Shown here: one piece after another, positions 48,676-60,100 of the stretch
Numbering within the stretch: the first letter of the stretch is position 1
Layout: each line of letters starts with the position of its first letter
NCBI GenBank assembly: GCA_051294375.1
Contig: CM119271.1
Span: 16,762,667-16,826,666 of the forward strand
Source of the DNA: Paraspadella gotoi
Taxonomy: Eukaryota > Animalia > Chaetognatha
DNA: 64,000 nt
Direction: 5' to 3'
Translations under genes and position numbers: made by a program
Notes under the pieces: model-generated
What the model saw: the letters and a program-made list of their open reading frames with translations, nothing else
Database searches by the model: none
Told to the model about the DNA's origin: nothing

Positions 48676-51600
48676 TTAAAAAATAAAGTATTTTTATTGG
48701 TTTTTATATTTATGTTTTGTATGCTAAATTTAAATTTTATAAAATTTTATCATTTTTACATCACTCTAATGAACAGTTTTGGACTAAAAACATTGATATA
48801 TAAATTTTTTTTTTTAAATTTCGCAATTTTTGCATAAGCCCATATTTATACATAGTACTTACCAAAGAAAATGTTAAAATTTTAAAATATTTATTTTTTA
48901 GTTTTGAAAGTAAATTCGAATTCCTCATAAAAAGTTGATAAAAATTAATTTAATAAGTTAGACAAAAATTTTAAAAACTATATTTTTTATATCAAAATTT
49001 AATTTAGAGAAAAATATACAAAGTTAATTATAATAGTTTTTTTTAGGATTTTAACCCACTTAATAAAAAAATTTTCTAAAAAAAGTTATATTTCTTTTTA
49101 TCAACTTTTCGTGATGAATTTGAATCTGCTTTTAAAAATAAGAAAAAAACATTTTAAAATTTTAACATGGTGAGTGTATGAAAAAATTTAAAAATAAAAA
49201 AAAATTTTATTTAAAAAAGCTCACAAGATACAAGCCTGTTCATAATCTACTATTCGAATTTGGATTTTACTTAATTTTAATATTTTTTCTAAGCTTTAAT
49301 AAATAATTTTTAAGTTTAATATTAACCTAATCATTATCCTATCTCTAAACCCTAATTTTTAATCCTAATCTTAAACCCTAATTACTAACCATAATTCTTA
49401 ACCATAATCCTTAACCTAACCCTTAACCTAATCCCTAAAAAACCTTTAATCTTTGAAATAAGGAGCATTTGGAAAATAAACCCTTGTTTTTTTGTTGGTT
49501 TTTTTTTGTTTAGTTTGTCACTTCTAAAGAGCATCACAAAGTCACTGTGTTATTATTGTTATTATAACGCATATATTCAAGCCCGGAAAAGATATTTTTT
49601 TCGTTTCTTAACTACACAAACTTAACGGGTTGTAATACTAAAAAGAAAACTAAATATCATACAATAGGATATACTACAGTAAATCTTTTAAAAACGTAAC
49701 ATTCGTAGTTAAAATTGAGATGAAGAGTAAACAAAAACTGATACGGTTGTTGTTCTTGTTGCCTAGCAACCTAGTGATTGAAAACAACGGGGGAAAAACA
49801 TGGGATGAACAATTTGTTATGATATGAGCGGACAAATTGTTTATTTTTAATTTCTAAATGAACAAAGACCCCTTAAAAATGAAACAAAAAAATACATTTT
49901 TTAAATAAAATTACGTTTATTTTCCTACAAAAAAAGTTATCACTGAAAGACATGCCACTAGATCGAAATAAAATATATATATATATATAAAAACAAACGC
50001 TAACGGTATCTAATGCGAGCACTGAGCTAGGTTGGTATTCTAAGTAAAATATTAATAAACAAAAAGTTTTAATTTTTGTTTTTTTAGAGATACGCATTTG
50101 TGGTCAACACAGATATTCGTAAAGAGGATCCTGAAGAGATCGATTTTAGGACGAAACTTTTTTTTCTCTATATAATCATAAACTTTATACAGTATAGTAA
50201 TAATCTACTTCAATCGAGTCAACATTAACAAAAAACAAACAATATTTGTTTTCTAAAAAGTAAAATTTGACCCTGGGTCGAAAAAAATAAACAATTGAGA
50301 ATGATTATAAGTAGGTATAAAAAAGTAGGAGAAAAAAAAAGTTCATTTGCGGAAATTGTCTACTTTCTATCGGTGTAAATAACGATTCAACAAATTGGGT
50401 TATCATGGCCTCAAAAGATGCGTACTCTAAAGTCTACGCTACATAACGGATGATTTAAAAAAACTTCATTAATAGATCGGTAAGGTAATAAGTAAAAATT
50501 AATTAAAAATGAAAATATAAAGGAGTTATTTTGTTTGTGCAGTTATGATTTTTCAAAAATACTACTAGCCTCTTTACATTGGTTGACTTTTTGATTATAT
50601 AACTATAAAGTCGAATAAACTTGGAATTTTACTGAATCGAACAAAATAACTTTGTAAGTACGAATTTGGTGAATATAAGGTGAATATATGGCTTGAATCG
50701 AAACAAGAAACTAAATGAATGAAAACTTGTTCATCAACTTTAATAATATGAAATCGAAAGAAAATATTGAATTCACCCAGAATCAACTGTTAAGTAATGA
50801 GCTCATCATTAATGAACAGCTCAGTTACCCTTTGCGAAATATAGCAAGTGATTGGCCAAAAAAAGAACAGCTTGTGCAATTTGATAAGATAAAATTTCAT
50901 TTGTTTTTTTCGTTTATATTAGAAATACCTAACATATTTAACGAATCAAAAATAATCAAGCTATGATTAAAAGTAGAAAAAAATTGAAGATAGTCTGACA
51001 TAATTTGACTTAATTTGACAAAGCCAAAAAGTCAGAGGCAAGCTTCGTTAACATTGTTAAAAAAAGAATAATATCTACGGAACGGGCACCATAGTAATCA
51101 GTTATATACAAGAACATAGTCGTTCCCCCTTAAAGTATGCGGCCGACTATGGGATAAAAAACAAGCAAAGTATGGAATGGAATGTATGGATGGAATTTCT
51201 AAGCATATAAAATTATATATATATATATCTTGTTCATGTTTTTTGTGTATGTGTCTTTTGTTTGTGAGCGCGCGCGCGCGTTAGATTTGCGATGGATATT
51301 TATGCACATTATTTAAAACATTATTTAAAACATTGTCTTTTTAAATTTTAAATTTACACTTAAGTGATTGTTTATATCACGCCAGACCTATAATACCGCG
51401 TTAATATAATTAATTTTTAAACTTATGATGTTAAAAATAAAATAAAACAAAGACGTTGAGTGGCATCACAATTTTGTGACACATCACAAAACGGATTTTG
51501 ATTTCCGATAAAGTTTTCAGTGTGATGTGTCAAAAGCCACAGAAGGTGAAATGAAAATATCTAAACTGATAAAAAATCTAGCCAAAGAAAAAACATTGAT

Positions 51601-52459
51601 ATGATTACGAAATTCCAACAGTTTTTTTTTGCGAATTGAATACGACAATTAATAAATTGGGGATTTTTTGGGATAAAAAAAAGCGGCTTTTTTTTAGAAA
51701 CTCGTAATATATATGCAGCATTGTTCCTTGCAGCAATTTTTTTTGCAGCATATGCGGCACATGATCGAGCGATGCTACATTCTAAAATTGACTGCACTAA
51801 ATATGAAAATATGACATTTGTTCACAATATTCTATTTTTTTAGATGTATAAAATTATCGTTGCTAGCTAAACATTTACTAACCGATTGTCAAAAAAAAAC
51901 TAATTTTAGTAATTTAACGACTAATAACTTCTAATATTGAAATACTATACAGTATTAACCACTGTTTGTTGTAAGAATAATTTGTAAGATCACATTTTTA
52001 ACAAACGCGCCGCGTTTTTAAGGTAGAGCAAATATGCTTGTAAGACCCACAAAACAGAGGTCAATAAACATTAGATCAATGCAGCAAGCAAGACCAATAA
52101 AAAGAAAACCTTGCAACACCGACTTAACTCGTTAGGCCAATGAGAGCTTGTAATGGCGTCATTGCTTGAGAAGTCAAGATTGTATATGTACTGTTTTGGA
52201 AGTTAAACTGAGAGAAAAAACAATCAGAACCAAAAAACTGATAAAATTGAATAAAACAAAGAAAATCATTCACGCTTTCGGGGATATTTAATGCGTGCAT
52301 GAACGTGTGTCGTGTAATCTATAATTGGCTTTTTGTTTTTTTAGCCATTATTTTTTTGTCGTATCCATCCATCAACTCAGTTTTTATATATTTATACAAT
52401 TGAAACATAATTTGAAACGTAAAACCCCTTCATTGGGGGAGACAAAAACTCTGGGAATG

Positions 52460-52587
52460 AATAAACAAGTGAGAGAGTCTTGATTGAAACTTGTCGGCCT
52501 TAAACTACAAAGCCTATCCGAAGTCGGGGGAAAGATAGCTTATTTATCAAATGAATAGATAATTTTTATATTGGTTGTACCAATTTC
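52460..52587 (+). mobile_element. member of a short repeat family ending ATAATTTTTATATTGGTTGTACCAATTT
   Basis: Homologous to 55765-55919. 3'-only fragments occur at ~23168-23213, ~33351-33397 and, inverted, ~37130-37177. Confidence 0.65.
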
Positions 52588-53263
52588 ATATGAACAATGA
52601 AACTTTTGATATGACTCTTATTTTATCAGAAGTGGATTAGCTATGAAAGGCGAGAGGGATTTTGTTAAAACGGACAAGAGAACTGAAGTAGAACCAGTGG
52701 CCACAGATAGTTTGTGGACCGAGAGAGACTGAGATATCTTTCTCTAGCTCTCTCCTCTTCTTCCCCGGTCAACCTCAGTCAGACTTTGGATCACGAATTC
52801 AGTTTTGATAGATTCCGCTTGCTTGGACTAATTTCCCTCGGTATTTTAACCATTTTCCTACGGCATTTACACTGGCATTTTCACCGACAATACTGGATTT
52901 ATTGATTGATTTATGATGGATTTCTTTTGCATTAAATTTTGATTTCTCTTCGATTTCTTCTACATTTTTCGTCGAGATTTATTGACAGTATAGAGTCAGT
53001 GGATGCCTTGTCGGTTGCGGTATTTAGCCGAGACTTTCCTGGACCAACTGATATTGCTTGGAGCGGCATAGAGAGACGGAACTTCTCTACAAGAACAGAA
53101 AATATTTTAAAGGGGAAAGAGAGTGAGAGAGAGAAAAGAAGAAAGAGGGAGAGAGAGACAGATAGATATTTCCTTCAGGCAAAAATAAAAAAATACTGAA
53201 CTTTGATTTCTTCTTGAGTTCATCGGATCTGACAACCGATTCCTGATAAGCCAAACCTGGATA

Positions 53264-53309
<46 letters not shown>

Positions 53310-53931
53310 ATATCCCAAGGAGGGAACCGTTTCTACTTCACGCAATATGAATTACAGAGTTTTTTCGCTTGAAAAGAAAGTTCCCTTAATTTAGTTGATA
53401 AGGTATTAGTTTAAACAGTTACAACCTGTTTTGGAAGACAGCTGAATGAATGACGACTTTAAAAATGGCAAAAATTAAGAACCCACTGTTCGGCAGATTT
53501 ATGGCAACTGACAAAAAATTGGCTGTATGGTAAATTGTAAGGCCTCGTGAATTGATTATTGATTTGGCCCCTAAAATGGGACATGTCAATTAAAAAAATA
53601 TATCCTTAAAAACGTAAATTAAAGTACCTTGAAGGCAAATACTATGTCTAATACTATTTCTTGGAAAAAGTGTTTAATTAACGAATGATATTTTTTCTTT
53701 TTTTTTTTTTTGTTCGAAATTACGTCTTCTTTAAGTCTTGTAAAATTTTTAGGGATTTTGCTGGTTTGCGGTGAGGCGAGGAGGGATATAAAATTATAAT
53801 TTATTATTTTTTTAACTTTCTCTTTTTCTCGCGATTATATTTTTCTTTTTCTTAATAAATCTTCTTTTCTTACTTTGACTCTCTCCCTCTCTCTCCTCTC
53901 CCTCCCTTTAATTCTCTTCCACATCCACTTC

Positions 53932-54801
53932 TCAATTTCCCTGATGGTAAATATTCGTAAAATTAGCCTGAATGAGAGGCCGACTGCCGACAAGACCCGG
54001 CGTCGGTGAATTAGCCGACAAATACCCATTGGGCGCTGGACTGGCGGCTGTCAGAGCTCGTGGTGCGGGGGAAGCCGACGTCCTGTGATGTAGTGGCGAC
54101 GTGGAGAGGCCGTTGGAGGCGTGATGTTGTTGCTGATGGTGATGATGATGCTGGGATTGCTGTTGTATGGATTGCTGTTGCTGCTGTTGTTGCGGCGTGG
54201 TGTTGTTGTTATTGGCGTTGTTCGCTAAAGCGTTGGCCATGTTCATCAGCGCCGCCGCGTTATGAATGGCGTTAGCGGCGACGAGCGGCGACGCGGCGGG
54301 CGAAGCGGTACCGCCTGGCGCGTAGCCGTACTGAGCCAAGAGACTCCTATCAGCGGCGCTGGATGCGCTGGAGCCGACGCCGCCGCTGCCGCTGCCGCCG
54401 CTGAGGCCGTCCGCAGAAGCTGAGGATCCAGTTGGTGACAGGAGACCCACGCCGAGATTGCCCAGTCCGCCGAGGTTCGACAGTCCGCCGAGTCCGCCCA
54501 GATTGCTCAAACCACCCAGGCCGTTGTAAGCGGGCACGTAGCCGGCGGCAGCCGCTGCCGCCGCGGCGGAATTGGCGGCCGCTGCCGCTGCGGCGGCGTT
54601 GGTGAGGCCGTAGCTGTGTTGAGTAGCAGGCGGGAGGCGTTGAGCCAACGCGGCGGCGGTCAGGAGGTGATTCTGTTGAGGGTAAGTGGCGGCGGAGAGT
54701 AAGTCGCCGTAGAGACCGACCGGTGAGGAGAGGGCGCCCGACAAGGCAGCCTTGGCGATGTTCGCCGACAACATGACCTCCTTGGGTTGCGCTTTTTTCA
54801 C
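53932..54801 (-). CDS. msi: Musashi-family RNA-binding protein, last coding exon (end of RRM2 plus low-complexity C-terminus)
   Basis: Acceptor TTTCACAG, then VKKAQPKEVM...YLSANSPTPG...PLIQANFTNIYHQGN*. This matches Musashi KKAQPKEVM and the C-terminal YISAASP / PLIATAFTNGYH motifs. Confidence 0.93.
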   Translation of the reverse strand: MKKAQPKEVMLSANIAKAALSGALSSPVGLYGDLLSAATYPQQNHLLTAAALAQRLPPATQHSYGLTNAAAAAAAANSAAAAAAAAGYVPAYNGLGGLSNLGGLGGLSNLGGLGNLGVGLLSPTGSSASADGLSGGSGSGGVGSSASSAADRSLLAQYGYAPGGTASPAASPLVAANAIHNAAALMNMANALANNANNNNTTPQQQQQQQSIQQQSQHHHHHQQQHHASNGLSTSPLHHRTSASPAPRALTAASPAPNGYLSANSPTPGLVGSRPLIQANFTNIYHQGN

Positions 54802-54931
54802 CTGTGAAATGGGGGGGAAGTCTTAAGTGTGAATCTTGTAAAAACATTTTAAACAAACAAAACTAATTAACTGAAAACAAATTAATTCATCTTAATTTAA
54901 CCTAATTTTAACCTATGTAATTTAATGTAAT

Positions 54932-55175
54932 TGTGGCGGTATATTCAAACCGCCTCACGTCCACCAAATCCATTGGCTCAGAGGGGGAACACACCATCCC
55001 AGGCGTAGTGTTCCATCCACAGTCCTAACGACTTCCTTCTGCGTTGGCAAAGCGAGACCGTCCGAGGGTAGCCGCGCTAGTGACTGGATGCGTCACTGAG
55101 GGTCGGAAGCCCCCAAAGCCAACAGTGAGAGGCCCCATCCCAATGGGCATCACAGGCAACCCGGCTGTTGCCATA
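54932..55175. mobile_element. 244-bp GC-rich insertion in a Musashi intron with a 9-bp flanking direct repeat
   Basis: TAATGTAAT at 54923-54931 and 55176-55184. Ends are TGTGGC..GCCATA, with a hairpin at each end. Confidence 0.65.
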
Positions 55176-55321
55176 TAATGTAATTTCACTTTACTTAACT
55201 TGTTACCCTTTTAAGAAAGTTAATCAATATGAACAAAGTAATTATAACAAATGAAATATAAAACAAAGACAAACAAATTAATCAAAAACAAAAACAAAAC
55301 AAAAAATATAAAATACAATAC

Positions 55322-55483
55322 CTCAGCCATCTTTCCATTGATTTCGTGAAAATGAATCTCACAAATTCTCTCCACTGCATCTTCTGTGTCGAATGAGACG
55401 AAACCGAAGCCGCGATGTCGCTGAGTCTGTTTGTCCATCATCAACATTGCATCTTCAACGCCTCCAAATTGGCCAAAGTAGGC
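55322..55483 (-). CDS. msi: Musashi exon, RRM2 core
   Basis: CAG acceptor, [56 protein letters not shown] donor. 162 nt, phase 0-0, with RNP1 RGFGFVSF. Confidence 0.96.
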
Positions 55484-55598
55484 CTGTTGGAAGGAGTGAG
55501 AAGTTAGGAGGTGGTCGGGGGTGAAATAGGGAAGGGGGAAAAAGTCCAGGAGGATTAGTTTAGTTTCAAAAAAGTATTCTACATTTATTTTTTTTTAC

Positions 55599-55696
55599 CT
55601 TCAAGTCATCTATGGTCGTGGCGGCAGAAAGGCCACCAACGAAGATTTTCTTCGTTTTTGTTACCATCTTAGGAATAGAGCGACGTGGAAAAGCCA
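55599..55696 (-). CDS. msi: Musashi exon, inter-RRM linker and RRM2 RNP2
   Basis: CAG acceptor, (V)[37 protein letters not shown] donor. 98 nt, phase 1-0. The VAFPRR linker is diagnostic of Musashi. Confidence 0.96.
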
Positions 55697-55776
55697 CTGT
55701 GGGGAAAAGTGGAAGATGGAAGTTATTGTATGAATAAAATTATTTATTCATTCACCCTTGGTAAATAAACAAGACT

Positions 55777-56024
55777 GTGAGAGAGTCTTGATTGAAAGCT
55801 TTTAGGAACCTGCTATGTCAGTGATGGATGCCTTAAACCACTATAGCCTGTCTAAAGTCAGGGGCTAGATAGCTCGTTTATTGAATGAATGTATAATTTT
55901 ATATTGGTTGTACCAATTTAATAATAAGCTATCATGCCCCAGACTTTGGACAGGCTTTGGTGGTTTAAGGCATAAGATAATGACATAGCAGGTTTCTGAA
56001 AGCTTTTAATCAAGACTCTCTCAC
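55777..56024. mobile_element. tail-to-tail inverted pair (~97-bp imperfect arms) of the TTGTACCAATTT family in a Musashi intron
   Basis: GTGAGAGAGTCTTGATTGAAAGCTTT..GATAGCT is mirrored by AGCTATC..AAAGCTTTTAATCAAGACTCTCTCAC. Confidence 0.8.
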
Positions 56025-56929
56025 CCTTCCCTCCCTCACTCCCTCTCACCCTTCCCTNNNNNNNNNNNNNNNNNNNNNNNNNTCATTCACCTCACTGCGC
56101 CCTCCACCCTCCCCCACTCTCCGTCTCACCCTTCCCTCACTTAGCATCCATTCTCCATACCCTTTCCTTCCCGTCAGTCCATTCTCACCCATGGACCTTT
56201 CCATCATTCCCCTCTACACCCCCTTCATACCATCCCGTCCCACTCCGGCGCTTTCACCTCTTCGCCTGACCCTCTCACCTCATCCCTCACCCCTCAACTC
56301 ACCCTTAGCCCTCCCCTTCACTACCTTCTCACCGCCTTATCCTCCCTCACCTCCCTCTGTCACCCTTCCCTTCCCTCATCTCCCGTCCTCTACCCTTTCC
56401 TGACCTCAACTCCCGTCTCTCACAACTCCTCTCCCTCCTGCCTCCCTCATCACCCTTCCCCTCACCCTCACTCGCCTCTCGATCCTTCATCCCTCCTCTC
56501 ACCCCTCTCACGACCTTGCCCTCCTCTCACTGGCCGCTCTTCACCCGTTAATCCTCCTCACTGTCTCCTCTCACCCTTAGCCCTCCCTGCACCACCTGCT
56601 TTCACGCCTTGGCTCCTCCCTCACTCCCTCTTCGTATCTTTCCGGCTCCCTTCACGCCCTACTCACCGCCTTCCCCCTTCCACCATCTCCTCTCATCCCT
56701 TGTCCCTCCTCACCTGCTGCTCTCATCCCTTGCCCGTCTGCTCTGCACTCCACTCTCATCTTTCCTCCTCCTCACTCCACTCCGTCATCCCTTCCCTGTC
56801 CTTCACTCCCTATTCACCCTTACCCATCCCTAGAGTCGAGGTCCAGCGGGTGAGGACAGTGGTTAAAGTGCGAAGCGGACTTACGTCAGCCCCATCCCTG
56901 CTCACCCTATCCCTCCTCACTACCCTCGT

Positions 56930-57190
56930 CCCCATTTGGGCGTCGATCCACCGTTTCATAGTCCCGGCGTCACGAACTCGTGGTATGCGATGTGCGCCGT
57001 CACTTTGTCCACAGACGCTGGATCCTTGTCAGGTGACGAACCCGAAAGCCGCGAGCTGCTCCTCTATAGTCGATGTTGGATGCGACTTCCTCTAGCAGGG
57101 TGTACGCTTCCATCTTCACTTCCCGTAACGGTCGAGAATATCGCGGAGAGATATCCCGGGCGTATGTTGTGCCAAGGAAGAGCCGCCTGC
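56930..57190 (-). other. corrupted copy of the Musashi RRM1 exon (probable raw-read artifact)
   Basis: Shares GCGCCGTCACTTTGTCCACAGACGCTGGATCCTTGT with 62705-62740 but is riddled with insertions. The flank 57360-58150 mirrors 63270-64000. Confidence 0.8.
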
Positions 57191-60100
57191 TCATTGAGAT
57201 GGTAAGGTATAGATTGAGATAAACTTAATGGTTTAATGTAAAAGTTTGAACGTATGTAAAGAATAAAGCGTAAACATGAAGATAAAATTATTATTCATTA
57301 TTAAGATCATGTCTCAATGTACTACGCAGACCGTTAATTTATAGTAAGTATGCAGAAGCAGATAATCTAAGACAACATGAGAACAACAATTATCAAAAAA
57401 ATTAAATTTTTTTCTCTCCTTTTCCTGACTTTGAATAAATGTGTAAGTAGATCATACGCTTTCTTTGGATACTCTCCATTATCCTGTTTGATCTATTGTG
57501 TTCCTTTTGTTTTATGGGTAAACTCTACATCGTTCTTAACTTCAGACCGTATGATATGTATGCCAGCAAATTCGACATCTCCACCGAAATAGGGGGAATG
57601 AGAGAGAAGGAGTAGAAAGAGAGAAGAGATATAAGTGCAGTAAGAAGGAAAGACGATGCCATGTCGCGTGCGTGCGTCGTCGTCGTCGTCGTCGGGCTCG
57701 GATTGTCCGTAGCTTTTGTGTTATTCAGTGGAAACGGTTGACTTCGACACTGAGGTTCACGAAGTTCATTCCCTTTACAGTTTACATGTCTCTCTACAAC
57801 GATGCTAGCGTTGCTTAAGACCTTTCTTTCTGACTGTCTGTTGTCCACTCTTACTTGGATGCGTGTTGTATTCTCAGTTTTCTTCCTCTCTCCTTCTCAC
57901 TTTTTTTATGCATCTTTAGCTCTCTTTTTTTCTTTGTACTCTTTTCGGTCTTTTCTTCTATCCTCTGTTATCTTTCGCCTTCTTTCTCAGTCCTCTGATG
58001 CCTTTCCTATTCTTTTTTTCTATTCTCTGTATCGTGCTCCCCATGTCTTAATACCTGATTGGCTTGTATTCCCTGTTTTCATACCCTGTTTCCTCTCTTT
58101 TCTCTCCGCCTTTCCTTATACTCTTCTTTCGATCCTGTTTTCACAGCTGTATCTATGCTCTGCCATCTACCTTTGCGTGCTCCTTTAAGTAATATCCGGA
58201 TTACTATACCAGAATTCTCATATACCCTGCGACTGCAAACTAGCTCTTAAACGGCATTACACGGCTCTAACTGGCATTACCCTGTCCCATCCGTGTTTTC
58301 ACACCTTCATGAGAAATTGTGTTTTATTCAATATACGTTTACATATATATTAATTGTTCTCGCTCAATTCACAACTCATTTGCCTTTAGATAAGCAGTTA
58401 CTTACTACTTTGTCAGTCCCTGCAGTACCATTTTCACCCTTTCAGAAATCGACACCCGCTCTGTCTCACTCCCAATGTCCCTGCTCTCTCTCTGTCTCTC
58501 TCAGCGGCGACTCTCTATATCTCTCTGTCTCCCTACTCTTCCTTGTCAGTCCCCTACTCGGGTCCTTTGTGCTTTATCCCTTTCATACTCGGTTTTCAAA
58601 TTTTTCGTTTCTAACCGAGGTCTAATCGCTGGATTAATCTCATGATTCTCTCAGTTCTCGGTCTCTTCTCTCTCCGTCTCTCTCTCTCGTCTGCTCTCTC
58701 TTATCTCTCTCTCACAGTCTCATCACGTCTCGTCTCTCTGCCTCTATTCTCTCTCTCTTCTCTCTCTCTGCTCTGGATACGCAGAAGGGTTTTTTAGGAA
58801 ATCATATAATGTATCTAGAGGGCGAAGTTTAAAGAAACAAAGACAATATATAGGCCTTCCGTTGTTGGTTCGCCCTCGATTGTCTTCCACATCATTTTTT
58901 CCCTTTTTTGCCATTTTTCGGCGGGAATCAGACGGTTTTTTGACCCTTTTTTCGCTATTAATTGTTTCTCCTTGTTTCCCTTCTTTGTCGCCTTTTTCCT
59001 TGCGCCGTCATCCCCTTTTTTTGTTTCATTTTTTCACCTTTAGTTCTCCATTTTTTCCCCCGCTTCTTTAGTCTCCGTTTATTTGTCCGGCTTTTCCGAG
59101 GCTCGTATTATTCCTGTTACTCTCTGCACGTTTTTCCTCTTTTACTCCACTTTCTTATCCACTTAATTTGTCCTGACCTTTTGTTCGCCCTTTTTATCCA
59201 TCTTTTTTCCACCACATTTTTTTATGCTCCTTATTTTTTTTCCTCTTTTTCCCTTGTTCCAACACTTTTTCCGCAACTTGTATTTTCATTTTTTCCTATG
59301 TCTTTTTGATGGCATCGCCTTTTATCCATGACCTCTTTTTTCACGTTTTGGTTAGACGTGACGATCTCTTGATTCTCCGCTTTCTCTCCGTCTTTATTCA
59401 CCCCCACCCATCGCCTTTTTTTTCCGTCCTGCCATCTTTATTTTTCTTATGTTTTTGTGTTCCGTTGTTTTTCTTCCTGTATGTTCACGCGTCTTTTTTC
59501 CACCTTTTTTCTCCCCTTGTTGTCCCTTATTTTTTTTTCCGTTTTGTTCCGCCTATCATTTATCCTTTTTCCCTTGTCTATTATTGTGCTCTTTTATTAT
59601 CCGCCTCTTTCCGACCTTTATTCGCCTTTTTTGCCCTTTTTCCCAGGTTTTTTCTGCCATGTTTATCCGAAGCCTGGGGGGAGCATTTATGAAATGGGCG
59701 GTTGGTCATCTAGGGCTATGATGCATTCAGAATGAGGGGAGAGAAGCGAGAGAGAGATAGAGAGATGAGAGGGAGAGAAGAGAGAGACGAGGAGAGGAGC
59801 GAGAGAGAGAGAGAGCAGAGAAGAGAGAAGGAGAGAGAGAGAGAGGATGATTGCTCGCGACGTTCAAAAGATTGAGACGATTCTCGAGCAAATTACTTTT
59901 TTTTTCTTTGAATGATGCGAACGAAATGAATATGATCTAAGGTGAATAAAGTTGTAGTGTGATTGATTTTACTAATTATTGTCTGTTTGTTTGATTGATT
60001 TTGATGGTTTACGAAATTTGATTGTCAGATAGCGATTAAGACACTGATAATAAAACTAGGGAGCAAAAAGGGTTTTAAAAACTGAGCTGATTGATTGTTG

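Noticed and set aside
54060-54856. Overlapping ORFs 54350-54856 (-) and 54060-54275 (+)
   Set aside because: Shadow frames of the GC-rich Musashi exon.
56930-57190. Mutually exclusive alternative RRM1 exon or pseudo-exon of Musashi
   Set aside because: The differences are random insertions rather than synonymous changes, the intronic flank is duplicated with the same noise, and it follows a 25-N gap.
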